Below are positions 41,220 to 50,771 of a stretch of DNA of 64,000 nt, in pieces. The first letter of the stretch is position 1; the number at the start of each line of letters is the position of its first letter. Made by a program: the position numbers and the translations under genes. The notes beneath the pieces are model-generated. The model ran no database searches. It was given only the letters and a program-made list of their open reading frames with translations, and was not told where the DNA came from. Source of the DNA: Myxococcales bacterium LLY-WYZ-16_1 (GTDB lineage: Bacteria; Myxococcota; Kuafuiibacteriia; Kuafuiibacteriales; Kuafuiibacteriaceae); NCBI GenBank assembly GCA_031800475.1, contig DAPKRQ010000263.1, positions 14,547-78,546 of the forward strand. The letters are read 5' to 3'.

Positions 41220-42128
41220 TCAGCCCAGGTCTGCGCGGGCTTTGCGCAACACCTCGGCCGAGTGTTCGAGGGCTTCCCGTTCGTCGGAGTCCAGCTCGGG
41301 TTCGAGCACCCGCGCAACCCCAGCGTGGGTGACCACGGACGGCAGGCTCAAGGCCACGTCGCGAAATCCCATGGCGCCCGACTGGACCCGGGTCACCGTG
41401 AGAACGCGATCTCCGCCGCGCAACGCCGCTTCGAGCAAGAATGCAGTCACGAGGCCAATGGCGTGGTTGGTCGCTCCTTTGCGGGAGATGATCTCGTAGG
41501 CGGCCCGCCGGACCTGCCCGGCGATGTCCGCTTCGAAGCTCGGATCCCATCCTGGGTACTGGCGGAGCGATACGCCCCCGATGGATGCCCGCGACCACAC
41601 GCACACCTCGGAATCGCCGTGCTCGCCCAAAACCTGAGCGTGGATCGACCGGGCGTCCAGGCCGAGTTGGGCACCGAGCACCTGGCGAAGCCGGGCCGTG
41701 TCGAGCATGGTGCCCGTGCCCACGACCCGCCACGGGTCCAGCCCGGAAGCCTCGGTCACGAGCTGGGTCATCACGTCCACCGGGTTCGTGACCACCACCA
41801 CGAGCCCACCAAATCCACGGAGCTGCCGGCCCACCGAACGGGCGATCTCGGCGTTGCCCGCCAGCAGCGACAGCCGAGACTCGTCGCCTTCGCCGCCCCG
41901 ACCGGCGGCCAACACCACGGCATCGGCGTCCTGCATGGCGTCGAGACCGCCCGCTTCCACCCGACAGGTCGGATAGAACGAAGACCCGTGGGCAAGATCC
42001 ATGGCTTCGCCCTCGGCGAGGCCTTCCTTGACGTCGTGGAGCACCAGGGTGCGTGCCACGCCCCGCTGCAGGGTGGCGATGGCCACGCTCGCTCCCACCC
42101 AACCCATACCGATGATGCCGACCTTCAT
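41220..42128 (-). CDS. ldh: L-lactate/malate dehydrogenase family (LDH-like)
   Basis: MKVGIIGMGWVGASVA Rossmann motif, VVVVTNPVD, catalytic-loop GEHGDS. ATG at 42128. Confidence 0.8.
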   Translation of the reverse strand: MKVGIIGMGWVGASVAIATLQRGVARTLVLHDVKEGLAEGEAMDLAHGSSFYPTCRVEAGGLDAMQDADAVVLAAGRGGEGDESRLSLLAGNAEIARSVGRQLRGFGGLVVVVTNPVDVMTQLVTEASGLDPWRVVGTGTMLDTARLRQVLGAQLGLDARSIHAQVLGEHGDSEVCVWSRASIGGVSLRQYPGWDPSFEADIAGQVRRAAYEIISRKGATNHAIGLVTAFLLEAALRGGDRVLTVTRVQSGAMGFRDVALSLPSVVTHAGVARVLEPELDSDEREALEHSAEVLRKARADLG

Positions 42129-42244
42129 GATGGGCGGAGGATAGGGGTCGACGGGGCGGAAAGAAAAACGTTCTCCGGGACTCGGCCGGTGGGTCGCCGC
42201 CCTCCGCCCTCGACCGGCGCAGGCCAGCCCCTGGACCGCACACC

Positions 42245-42334
42245 CCTCAGCCGCCACGACCCTCAGCCGCCACACTCCTCAGCCGCCACGACCTTCCGCC
42301 GCCACAACCGTTCGCCACAACCCTCAGCGGCCAC
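42245..42334. repeat. 16-bp tandem direct repeat, about 6 copies (plus strand CCTCAGCCGCCAC + 3-nt spacer; gene strand GTGGCGGCTGAGG)
   Basis: Seen directly. Three perfect 13-mers are at 42245, 42261 and 42277. Three degenerate copies follow. The last copy overlaps the stop codon of the metallophosphoesterase gene. The array fills most of the region upstream of ldh. Confidence 0.7.
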
Positions 42335-44420
42335 GGGCGGTCAGTTCGACGCGGTCGATCACCTCACCCCGATCGTTCACCACCTCCAGGTCCACCCGAT
42401 CTCCGTCGACCTGCACCTCACAGTAGTGGATCTGGGGCCGGTACACCCGAATGGCCGCCCGCCAGGGCACGGACTCGTCCAGGGCGTAGTAGGGAGCCCC
42501 TGCCCCCCCCGTCACCAACTGCCAAACCGGCACGTCGAAAGCCGGCCGGACCGAGGCGTCGACCAGGGTCCGGGTGTAGCTGTGCTCGTCGCCAAAGAAG
42601 GCGGCCAAGACCCGGTGCTTCACCAGCACCGACCAGAATGCATCGCGGCGGGCCAAAACCTCGGGAATGCGCCCGTCCCAGTACATGGCGTCCTTCACGT
42701 GGCCCGCCGAGGGAAAAGCGGGCTCGTGGGTGAACACGAACAGGTGGGTGGCGCCGCGCTGCCGGGCCGCAGTCAGATCGGCGTCGAGCCAAGCCAGCTG
42801 AGCGTCGGTGAGATACCCCTCCCGCACCCCTCGACCGAAGTGGGGATGGTCGGTGCGTTCGATGTGAGACCGAAAAAAGTAGTTGGTGTTGAGCACCGCC
42901 AGGTGCACCGGGCCCCGATCGAAGCTGTAGACCGATTCGCGGTAGCTCGGCGCCCCTGGCTTCGCCTCGGGTCCATTGTGTGGATTGACGAAGACCTCGG
43001 CGAACAGGCTTTCGCTGTTCACGGGCCCGGGCAAGTCGACCATGAACCCATGGGAATCTGCGGCCATCAACAGCTCGTGGTTGCCCATGGCTTCGTAGAA
43101 CGGAATGCGGCTGGCGAAGGGCTGCACCGAGCGGACGAAACCGGCCAACTCGTGCCGGTAGGCACCCGGCTCGGTGGTGTAGCCGTTGATCAAATCCCCG
43201 ACGAACACCACGAAGTCGTTGTCCCGGGCCCAGATCCACTCGCTCAGATCCCGCAGGGCCTCCCGGTTTGATCCCCGAAAATTCCGGTCCGGCGCCCCGA
43301 GCCCCGCCCGGCTGTCACTCATGACCGCGAAGCGAAACCGGTCGCTCGACGGAGGCCAGGTTCGAAACGCGCCTTCGGTGGCCACCGCCACCTCGCCCCG
43401 CCCGTCCCGCACGAGCACCAGGTACCGGTAGGCGGTGTCGGGCTCCAGGCCCCGCAACGGGACTTCGTGTCGAAGCCCCCCGGTACGGGTGTCGAAGCGA
43501 CGGACCGAACCGCCATCAGACCAAACCACGACCCGGGCCATGGTGGGCACATCGGTCTCGAACGAGACCATTGCCCGGTCGGTCATCACCCGGTCCACCA
43601 ACGGCCCCAGCCGAAACGAAGGCAGCTGAACGAACCTGGATCCCGGCCGGCAGGGCACCGGCTCGCAGCGGTAGTACACGTCCAGGTCGTCGAACCGCTC
43701 GGCTCCGACCCGCGGGTCCAAGACCCGCACCCGTACCGCCAAGATCCCGCGGCCCCCGGTCCGGGTCTTCTCCACGTCGTACTTGTCCCGGAGCAACCGG
43801 GTCAGCGGGATCCGAGCCCGCCACTTCCGGTGCGGGGTGGAGGGCGACTGCGAAGGGGTAGGCTCGATCGGAACCGCCTTTCGCAGCGTGCGCTGGGGCA
43901 AGCCGAACCCCTGCAGCCGCACACCGTAGTCGACCCGCCCTCCGGCGAGCGGTGCGTCGGTGGCGAAAGACAGCTCCACCACCCCGTCTTCCCGCAGCCT
44001 GGCCCCGGGAGCCTGCGTAAAAGCCAGGTTGTGCACCTGCACCGGCCGTCCGGGCGGCAAAGGAGGGGCGCCTGGCTCCACCCCGTCCAGGTATGATTCC
44101 ATTCGATAGACATCTCCGGAGAACGGCCGCACCAGGTCGGGTCCCGAGGAGTCGAACAGGGGCGCTGGCAGGGCCCCTTTTTCGTTCTCAGCGGCAAAGG
44201 CCTCCCGCTCCTGCCCGAGGAAGTCCCAGTCCCCGGCGGGAAGCTTTGCGGTCCACGAAGGCCCGACCGCAGCTGCGCTCCGCCCGGCCCGGGCCGCCGC
44301 GGTGTTCGTGCCTTCACCGGAATCCGCCGGCCCGCTCCCGGCCCCCCCATCGGTCGCGCAGGCCCCGGCGAACCACAGGACGGCCGCCGCCAGCGAAGCG
44401 CGAAGGCGGTGTCCCGTGCG
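42324..44420 (-). CDS. Metallophosphoesterase lipoprotein (purple-acid-phosphatase-like: FN3-like N-domain plus calcineurin-like phosphoesterase)
   Basis: Motifs FAVMSDSR, VVFVGDLINGY and GNHE(L) of calcineurin-like phosphoesterases, preceded by a PAP-type N-domain. Probable lipoprotein signal LWFAGAC near residue 235 of the long ORF. The true start is uncertain; the ORF is open to 45122. Confidence 0.7.
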   Translation of the reverse strand, partial: RTGHRLRASLAAAVLWFAGACATDGGAGSGPADSGEGTNTAAARAGRSAAAVGPSWTAKLPAGDWDFLGQEREAFAAENEKGALPAPLFDSSGPDLVRPFSGDVYRMESYLDGVEPGAPPLPPGRPVQVHNLAFTQAPGARLREDGVVELSFATDAPLAGGRVDYGVRLQGFGLPQRTLRKAVPIEPTPSQSPSTPHRKWRARIPLTRLLRDKYDVEKTRTGGRGILAVRVRVLDPRVGAERFDDLDVYYRCEPVPCRPGSRFVQLPSFRLGPLVDRVMTDRAMVSFETDVPTMARVVVWSDGGSVRRFDTRTGGLRHEVPLRGLEPDTAYRYLVLVRDGRGEVAVATEGAFRTWPPSSDRFRFAVMSDSRAGLGAPDRNFRGSNREALRDLSEWIWARDNDFVVFVGDLINGYTTEPGAYRHELAGFVRSVQPFASRIPFYEAMGNHELLMAADSHGFMVDLPGPVNSESLFAEVFVNPHNGPEAKPGAPSYRESVYSFDRGPVHLAVLNTNYFFRSHIERTDHPHFGRGVREGYLTDAQLAWLDADLTAARQRGATHLFVFTHEPAFPSAGHVKDAMYWDGRIPEVLARRDAFWSVLVKHRVLAAFFGDEHSYTRTLVDASVRPAFDVPVWQLVTGGAGAPYYALDESVPWRAAIRVYRPQIHYCEVQVDGDRVDLEVVNDRGEVIDRVELTARGR

Positions 44421-44429
44421 GCCTTCCAA

Positions 44430-44525
44430 GCCGATCGGGCCGAGCGCGCGGGCCTTCGCACCACCGGTCGAGCCGACCGGACCGAGCGCGCCGCCAGCCG
44501 AGCCGACCGGGCCGAGCGCGCTGGC
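44430..44525. repeat. About 30-bp tandem repeat x2.5-3 (GAGCCGACCGGRCCGAGCGCGC core)
   Basis: Seen directly. If translated (minus strand) it encodes ALGPVGSAGG / ALGPVGSTGG / ALGPIGLEG. It lies at or just upstream of the probable start of the metallophosphoesterase gene. Confidence 0.55.
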
Positions 44526-44611
44526 CGTCGCGCCGCCGACGAAACCGAACGCGTGGCGTCCGCCACCTCGGCTCCGGTCGAGTGGGGGGCGTTTTGAGCC
44601 GCCGCGCCCCC

Positions 44612-45172
44612 TCACGAAGCGCGCCGGCCGCAGAAGAAGCGCTGCAGCGCCTGCCGATCCACCCAAGGGCTGGTCCCCGGCGGACGGCGATCGAAGCGAA
44701 GAAGCTCGCGAAGCGGCATGGAGCCCCGTTCGGAGCCCGACGGAGCTCGCCAGAGCGGCGGCGGCGCCCGGTATCGGCCATGCTCGTCGAGCATGTGGCT
44801 TCTGTCGCTCCAAAAGCGTTCCACGAACACCGCCGAGGGAATCCATCGAAACGCTGGCTGGAATGGATGGGGCAGATTCGAGGGAAAGCTTCGCGCCAAG
44901 TACGACTCGAGGCGGATGCCAAAGAACAGCCGCGTGTCCAGGTCGTGCACCGTCCATGCCCGTTCCATTTCTTTCGGCCGAAGGCCGACCACGTGATAGT
45001 CCCAAACCAGCGGGCTCCCCGGACTTGCGGCTCGCTGCTCCGTCATGCACACGGCGCGGGCCGGGTTCGAAATGAACAGAACGACCCCGTTCGGCCGAGG
45101 CCTTCGTTCGAACATCTTCCATACGTTCTCTTCGCAGTAGAATGGTTGGTGGGAGTGAAGCGGGCCCGTCAT
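44612..45172 (-). CDS. Protein N-terminal glutamine amidohydrolase (NTAQ1 / WDYHV family) homologue
   Basis: FYCEENVWKM, VLFISNP, LVWDYHVVGL, HDLDTRLFFG, FWSDRSHMLD, YRAPPPLW. These align block-for-block with my recollection of animal NTAQ1 (CYCEENIWKL, AVFISNE, VIWDYHVVLL, YDLDTVLPFP, FASDRSHMKD, WREPPPPYP). The ATG overlaps the upstream stop (ATGA). Confidence 0.8.
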   Translation of the reverse strand: MTGPLHSHQPFYCEENVWKMFERRPRPNGVVLFISNPARAVCMTEQRAASPGSPLVWDYHVVGLRPKEMERAWTVHDLDTRLFFGIRLESYLARSFPSNLPHPFQPAFRWIPSAVFVERFWSDRSHMLDEHGRYRAPPPLWRAPSGSERGSMPLRELLRFDRRPPGTSPWVDRQALQRFFCGRRAS

Positions 45173-45771
45173 CGGGCTTCGAAGCGCAGGGTTTCGTCGG
45201 AGACCACCACGATGTCTCCCGAGGCGATCTTGTCCTTTTCGATGCGCTGCCCGTTCTTCCACAACCCGTTGGCCGAGCCCAGGTCTTCGATGAAGAGTTC
45301 TCCGTCGTCCATGGTCAGGGTCGCGTGCTGCCGGCTCACCTTGGCCGACGGCAAAATGATGTCGCAGTTGCGACTTCGCCCGATCACCATGTGGTCCTTG
45401 TCGATGGACAGGCGCTCCCCACTGTCGAGCCAGACGTACCAACCCCGACCCGACGCCGCCGGCTTGGAGGCGGGCACCGGCGCCGGTCGGACTTCGACCT
45501 GGGGCACGGGGCCGGCGTCCGCCTCCGGCATCGCCGACTCCTCGGTCGGGCGCGCCGCGCCGACGGCCACCGGAGGCACGACCGGCCACGCCGCCAACCC
45601 CTGGCCACAGGCCGCCTGAAATCCGGCCTCGTCCTCGGACAGATCCACCTGACGGCCGCAGACGTGACAGGCCACCGCCCGCGGGAGCTCGCTCACCGAC
45701 AGCTCGAGCCAATTTTGGGGGCACTGCTCGGCGTGGGTGCAGTTGGTGATCCAACCGAGGCTCTCCCGCAT
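45169..45771 (-). CDS. FHA-domain protein with N-terminal zinc-ribbon-like CxxxxC...CxxC region
   Basis: C-terminal FHA core (MVIGRSRNCDIILPSAKVSRQHATL ... GSANGLWKNGQRI). Its stop overlaps the NTAQ1-like start. Confidence 0.7.
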   Translation of the reverse strand: MRESLGWITNCTHAEQCPQNWLELSVSELPRAVACHVCGRQVDLSEDEAGFQAACGQGLAAWPVVPPVAVGAARPTEESAMPEADAGPVPQVEVRPAPVPASKPAASGRGWYVWLDSGERLSIDKDHMVIGRSRNCDIILPSAKVSRQHATLTMDDGELFIEDLGSANGLWKNGQRIEKDKIASGDIVVVSDETLRFEAR

Positions 45772-45839
45772 GGGCCGGTTTGTAAGCAGAAGCCGGGAGG
45801 GGTGCAAACCCCCGAACTCGGCCGCTCGTCGACAGTTCC

Positions 45840-46520
45840 TCAAACCGCGTAGGGCGTGGGATCGGAAACGCCGGCTTCGGCGAAACCCTTGCGGCGGAGC
45901 CGGCAGGCGTCACACCGACCGCACGCCCGTCGTTCTCGGGGATCGTAGCAGGATACGGTCGGGGACAGATCGACCCCAAGGCGGGCAGCTTCCCGGACGA
46001 TTTCGGCCTTGGTCCACTGCATCAGGGGGGCGTGCACCCGGAACGGTTGGCCTTCGACCCCCGCTTTGGTCGCCACCTGGGCCAGGCGCTCGAAGGCCTC
46101 GACGAAGGCGGGGCGGCAGTCGGGGTAGCCCGAGTAGTCCAGGGCGTTGGCGCCGAAGAACAAATCTTGGGCACCGACGGTCTCGGCCAATCCCAGGGCC
46201 ACGGCCAGGAACACGGTGTTGCGAGCCGGGACATAGGTGACCGGAATCGCGGTCCCGCCCTCTGGCATGGCCTGGCCCTCCGGCACTTCGATGGCCCGAT
46301 CCGTCAAGGCCGAGCCGCCCACGGCCGAAAGATCCAGCCGAACGATCCGGTGGTCGACGACCCCCTGGGCGGCCGCCACCTCCCGGGCCGCGTCCAGTTC
46401 GACCCGATGGCGCTGGCCGTAGTCGAAAGACAAGCAGCTGACCGAAAACCCCCGCTCCTGGGCAATGCCCAGGGTGGTGGCCGAATCCAGGCCTCCCGAC
46501 AGCAAAACCACGGCCCGCAT
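45840..46520 (-). CDS. queC: 7-cyano-7-deazaguanine synthase
   Basis: PP-loop [13 protein letters not shown] and C-terminal zinc site [16 protein letters not shown]. Confidence 0.9.
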   Translation of the reverse strand: MRAVVLLSGGLDSATTLGIAQERGFSVSCLSFDYGQRHRVELDAAREVAAAQGVVDHRIVRLDLSAVGGSALTDRAIEVPEGQAMPEGGTAIPVTYVPARNTVFLAVALGLAETVGAQDLFFGANALDYSGYPDCRPAFVEAFERLAQVATKAGVEGQPFRVHAPLMQWTKAEIVREAARLGVDLSPTVSCYDPRERRACGRCDACRLRRKGFAEAGVSDPTPYAV

Positions 46521-46698
46521 GCCGCCATTTTGACACGGCACTCCCCAACTGCCGCGGTCAAAAGCCGCGGCCAGACGCCTTCGACCTCCCCGAAGCCCCC
46601 GCAGAGCTCGACCGCGGAGCGCAGAACGGGAGCCGCGAAGCCCATCGGGCTGGACTCCCTTTCGGTTCCCGGTGTACGTCGCCGTGGTTTCGCCCCGG

Positions 46699-46779
46699 GC
46701 GAGGGTGGCGGAATTGGTAGACGCACTGGATTTAGGTTCCAGCGGGCTTCCCGTGCGGGTTCGAGTCCCGCCTCTCGCA
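46699..46779 (+). tRNA. tRNA-Leu (anticodon TAG), class II with long variable arm
   Basis: Cloverleaf folded by hand. Acceptor stem GCGAGGG / CTCTCGC with a G-U pair and discriminator A. D-arm GCGG...ACGC. Anticodon stem CTGGA/TCCAG with loop TTTAGGT. 12-nt variable arm. T-arm GCGGG TTCGAGT CCCGC. No encoded CCA. Confidence 0.75.
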
Positions 46780-46795
46780 GCGAGTCCCCATACCC

Positions 46796-48112
46796 ATGAA
46801 GATCGAGGTTGAAACCCTGTCCCCTGCCGAACGGAAGGTCCGCGTCGAGGTCCCCTGGGAGACCGTGCGGGCCGAGCTGGACGAAGCCTACCGGGCCCTG
46901 AGCAAGCGGGCCAAGGTACGCGGCTTTCGCCCCGGCAAAGTGCCCCGAAAGGTCCTCGAGCAGATGTACCGGCAGACCGTCGAAGGCGAGGTGCTGCAGC
47001 GGGTCATCGACGACGGCTTCCGGCAGGCGGTGAACCAAAACGACCTCCACCCCATCGACCGGCCTCGGCTCGACGAGGTCCCCGCGCTTCGGGCGGATGA
47101 GCCCCTGAAGTTCGAGGCCCGGGTCGAAGTCAAACCCGAGGTCGAGGCCGAAAACGTGGAGGGCCTGGAGGTCAAAAAGGAGGTCCGGCCCATCGGCGAC
47201 GCCGAAGTGGAAGCGGAGCTCATGAACCTGCGGGAAAAGGCCGTGGTCATCGAGCCGATCACGGATCGACAGGTGGCCCAGGAGGGCGATCTGGCGGTCA
47301 TCGACTTCTTCGGCTACGTCGACGGCGAAACCTTCAAAGGCGGCAAGGGCATCAGCTACACCGTCCACCTGGGCGAAAAGCAGATGATCCCCGGATTCGA
47401 AGAGCAGATCGTCGGCATGTCGATCGGTGACGAGAAGACGTTCGAACTGCCCTTTCCCGAGGGGACCGGACCGGAAGAGGTGCAGGGGAAGGACGTCGAG
47501 TGGAAGGTCGACCTCAAGGAACTCAAGCAGAAGATCTACCCGGACCTGGACGACGAATTCGCCAAGGACCTGGGCGAGTTCGACACGCTGGAGGAGCTGA
47601 AGACCCAGATCCGCGAAAACCTCGCCACCCGCGAAGACGCGAAGCAGCTGCGCTCCCTCAAAGAGTCCGCTCTGAACGCACTGGTCGACGCCAACCCGAT
47701 CACGGTGCCATCGGCCATGGTGGATCGGCAGGTCGACCTGATGCTCCAGGACGCTACCGCATCCCTCCAAAAGAACGCCGACCCCGCGCTGCGCGAAGCA
47801 CTGGAACGGGTCAAGACCGAGATCCGTCCCCAGGCCGAGCGTCGGGTGGCAGGCATGCTTCTGTTGGAAGCCGTGGCCCGGAAAGCGGAGCTGAAGGTGT
47901 CGGAAGAGGAGCTCGAAGGTCGGCTGGGGGAGCTGGCCCGGGAGCATCGGATGCCGGTCCGGCAAGTGCGGCAGCAGCTGCGCTCCAACGACCAGCTGGA
48001 AGGCTTGGAGTACGGCATGCTCCAGGACAAAGCCCTGGATTGGGTGCTGGAGCGGTCCCAGGTTGTGGAGGTCGAGCCAGCCCCCGAGTCCGAGACTCCC
48101 TCGGAAGGTTGA
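46796..48112 (+). CDS. tig: Trigger factor
   Basis: N-terminus [22 protein letters not shown] ... [14 protein letters not shown], and a PPIase-type middle domain. Confidence 0.95.
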   Translation: MKIEVETLSPAERKVRVEVPWETVRAELDEAYRALSKRAKVRGFRPGKVPRKVLEQMYRQTVEGEVLQRVIDDGFRQAVNQNDLHPIDRPRLDEVPALRADEPLKFEARVEVKPEVEAENVEGLEVKKEVRPIGDAEVEAELMNLREKAVVIEPITDRQVAQEGDLAVIDFFGYVDGETFKGGKGISYTVHLGEKQMIPGFEEQIVGMSIGDEKTFELPFPEGTGPEEVQGKDVEWKVDLKELKQKIYPDLDDEFAKDLGEFDTLEELKTQIRENLATREDAKQLRSLKESALNALVDANPITVPSAMVDRQVDLMLQDATASLQKNADPALREALERVKTEIRPQAERRVAGMLLLEAVARKAELKVSEEELEGRLGELAREHRMPVRQVRQQLRSNDQLEGLEYGMLQDKALDWVLERSQVVEVEPAPESETPSEG

Positions 48113-48186
48113 GCCGACATGCTGCGTCGACCGCCCGTTGGTGAGGGTTCTCTCGGGGTTCCCGCCATCGGTTCGATGGGTCGACG

Positions 48187-48876
48187 ATGGCTGCCAACAC
48201 TGGACCTGGGGCGGAAGAGTGTCCACCATGGTCCAGGCGGAGCGATTCCGCGAGGACAGTCTTGAGTTACCTGGTCCCCACCGTCATCGAACAAACCCAC
48301 CGCGGCGAGCGGGCCTACGACATCTGGTCCCGCCTCATGAAGGATCGGATCGTGTTTCTCGGCACCGAGATCCACGACGACCTGGCCAACGTCATCGTCG
48401 CCCAGCTCCTGTTCCTGGAGTCCGAGGACCCGGAAAAGGACGTGAATCTCTACATCAACAGTCCCGGTGGCTCCGTGTCGGCCGGAATGGCCATCTACGA
48501 CACCATGCAGTACGTCCGGTGCCCGATCACCACGATCTGCATCGGTCAGGCCGCATCCATGGCTGCCGTGATACTGGCCGCTGGGACGAAAGGGCGCCGC
48601 AAGGGCCTGCCGCACTCCCGGATCATGATCCACCAACCGGCGGGCGGAGCCCGAGGTCAGGCGTCGGACATCGAAATCGCCGCCAAAGAGGTCCTGCGCA
48701 GTCGCGACATGCTCAACCGGGTCCTCTCCGAGCACACGGGGAAGCCCCTCGACCAGATCGCCCAGGATTCGGACCGGGACTACTACATGACCGCCGAAGA
48801 AGCCCGAGACTACGGGATCATGGACGACGTGGTGGTCAGCAAGAAGGCCGACGAAGGCTCGTCCGAGCCCGGCTGA
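48187..48876 (+). CDS. clpP: ATP-dependent Clp protease proteolytic subunit
   Basis: [19 protein letters not shown], catalytic [11 protein letters not shown]. An alternative TTG start at 48261 would give the canonical [11 protein letters not shown]-terminus. Confidence 0.9.
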   Translation: MAANTGPGAEECPPWSRRSDSARTVLSYLVPTVIEQTHRGERAYDIWSRLMKDRIVFLGTEIHDDLANVIVAQLLFLESEDPEKDVNLYINSPGGSVSAGMAIYDTMQYVRCPITTICIGQAASMAAVILAAGTKGRRKGLPHSRIMIHQPAGGARGQASDIEIAAKEVLRSRDMLNRVLSEHTGKPLDQIAQDSDRDYYMTAEEARDYGIMDDVVVSKKADEGSSEPG

Positions 48877-48928
48877 GTCTGGCAGGCGTTGATCGACCGG
48901 AGGATTTCAGGCGACATGGGAGAGTCCG

Positions 48929-50200
48929 ATGGCTGACCGGGGCAAGCGAGACGAATACGGGGGCAACCTGACCTGCTCGTTCTGCGGCAAATCGCAGAAA
49001 GAGGTGAAAAAGCTGATCGCCGGCCCGGGCGTGTACATCTGCGACGAATGCATCGGTCTGTGCAACGACATCATTGCGGAGGAGCAAGACCACGAGCTCA
49101 AGACCGATGGCAGCTTCAAGCTCCCGAAACCCGCCGAAATCAAGCGCGTGCTCGACGAGTACGTGATCGGGCAAGAGCGGGCCAAAAAGTCCCTCGCGGT
49201 GGCGGTTCACAACCACTACAAGCGCGTCTTCGAAAAAGAAAAGGACGAGGACGGCGACGACGTCGAGCTGCAAAAGTCCAACATTCTACTGATCGGACCG
49301 TCCGGCTCGGGAAAGACGCTGCTCGCCCAGACCTTGGCGCGGATCCTCAACGTGCCCTTCACCATCGCGGACGCCACCACCCTGACCGAGGCGGGCTACG
49401 TCGGCGAGGACGTGGAGAACATTTTGGTCCACCTGCTCCAGGACGCCGAGGGCGATATCGAACGGGCGAGTCGGGGCATCGTCTACATCGACGAGATCGA
49501 CAAGCTCGCCCGAAAGAGCGAGTCCCCATCGATCACCCGGGACGTTTCGGGCGAAGGGGTGCAACAGGCGCTCCTCAAGATCCTGGAAGGGACCATGGCA
49601 AACCTTCCGCCCAAGGGTGGAAGAAAGCATCCGCAGCAAGACTTCGTGCAGATGGACACCACGAACATCCTATTCATCTGCGGCGGAGCGTTCTGCGGCC
49701 TCGAAAACGTGGTCGAGCATCGGATCGGCAAGAAGACCATGGGCTTCGGGGCGGAGATCCGGGGCAAGTCTTCCCGGCGGATCGGCGAGCTGCTCCAAGA
49801 GGTTCAGCCAGGCGATCTGCTCAAGTTCGGCATGATCCCGGAGTTCACCGGCCGTCTTCCGGTGATCACCCACCTGAACGAGTTGGACGAGCAGGCGCTG
49901 ATGGACATTCTCACCAAGCCGAAGAATGCCCTGGTCAAGCAGTATCAGCGTCTTCTGGAGCTCGATAACGTCAAGATCAGTTTCGCCGAGAACGCCCTGG
50001 AGGCCGTGGCCCAAAGGGCGATCAAAAAGGGTACCGGAGCGAGAGGGCTCCGGGCCATTCTCGAAAAGTGCATGCTCGAGGTCATGTACGAGATCCCGGC
50101 CAAGAAAGATGTGGTCGAGGTCGTGGTCACGCCCGAAGCCATCGACCTCGCCGAGCCGCCCAAGTTGATCCGCAAGTCGGTGGAACGCACCGGAACTTGA
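48929..50200 (+). CDS. clpX: ATP-dependent Clp protease ATP-binding subunit ClpX
   Basis: Zinc-finger CSFCGK...CDEC, Walker [17 protein letters not shown]. Confidence 0.95.
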   Translation: MADRGKRDEYGGNLTCSFCGKSQKEVKKLIAGPGVYICDECIGLCNDIIAEEQDHELKTDGSFKLPKPAEIKRVLDEYVIGQERAKKSLAVAVHNHYKRVFEKEKDEDGDDVELQKSNILLIGPSGSGKTLLAQTLARILNVPFTIADATTLTEAGYVGEDVENILVHLLQDAEGDIERASRGIVYIDEIDKLARKSESPSITRDVSGEGVQQALLKILEGTMANLPPKGGRKHPQQDFVQMDTTNILFICGGAFCGLENVVEHRIGKKTMGFGAEIRGKSSRRIGELLQEVQPGDLLKFGMIPEFTGRLPVITHLNELDEQALMDILTKPKNALVKQYQRLLELDNVKISFAENALEAVAQRAIKKGTGARGLRAILEKCMLEVMYEIPAKKDVVEVVVTPEAIDLAEPPKLIRKSVERTGT

Positions 50201-50224
50201 GTCCCGACGCCCGCCGGGCGGCTC

Positions 50225-50728
50225 TCACTCTGCTGGCGTAGGATTCCCTTCAAAAGACTCGAAGCTGGCTGGGTCCGAGCCCAGGCGGTCTCGATTTCTT
50301 CCACGCCGAGGCAGCCGTTCGGTGTGCTCGTCCCGAACTCGAGCCGGACGCGGCGACACTTCGACCCGCGGCCAAACCTCCGGTTCGGATGGGTCGGTCA
50401 AGAATGCCGCTTCTTCGGTCCGTTCGAGCCACCCTTCGGGTGCGTCCACCGTGGTCCGTTCCTGGGGCGGCTCGGTGTCCGGCTCGGCCGGAATCTCCAC
50501 CGGTTTCAGGTGCTGTCGATCGCGAAGCTGCGCCGCTTCGGGCAAAGCGTAGGGCGAATCAGCCTCGTCCAGTTCTCGGGGCTGCACCACCGGGGCGCTC
50601 GTTCGCCGGGTGGCAGCCTGCACCTGGACTTCGGCCTCCATGGCCCGGCGGACCGTCTTGACCAGGCGATGGACCGCGGCCGGTTCACCTTGAATGACCA
50701 CGTCGAGCCCTTCCGTCCGCAGGCGGGC
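50225..50728 (-). CDS. Hypothetical protein with acidic Pro/Glu-rich C-terminal tail
   Basis: GTG start preceded by GGAAGGG 6 nt upstream. The N-terminal block VVIQGEPAAVHRLVKTVRRAMEAEV was not recognised. Downstream of kdsC on the same strand. Confidence 0.3.
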   Translation of the reverse strand, partial: ARLRTEGLDVVIQGEPAAVHRLVKTVRRAMEAEVQVQAATRRTSAPVVQPRELDEADSPYALPEAAQLRDRQHLKPVEIPAEPDTEPPQERTTVDAPEGWLERTEEAAFLTDPSEPEVWPRVEVSPRPARVRDEHTERLPRRGRNRDRLGSDPASFESFEGNPTPAE

Positions 50729-50771
50729 CCGGGCCCGCGGCGAACGGCCCTGAAGCCAGTTCCACCAGCGA

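Noticed and set aside
41133-43271. 712-aa plus-strand ORF
   Set aside because: Antisense to ldh and the metallophosphoesterase gene. Low complexity.
44420-45122. About 230-aa N-terminal extension of the metallophosphoesterase ORF
   Set aside because: A typical lipoprotein signal (LWFAGAC) lies internally near 44420, and the extension contains no Met-initiated signal peptide. Not fully rejected. It is treated as an uncertain start, since the extension would translate the 30-bp repeat.
46541-46698. Possible preQ1 riboswitch upstream of queC
   Set aside because: No compact hairpin followed by an A-rich tail resembling the preQ1-I aptamer is visible in the queC leader. The region mostly reads as a GC-rich spacer before the divergent tRNA.
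46304-48229. 641-aa minus-strand ORF
   Set aside because: Antisense to tig. Trigger factor is unambiguous.
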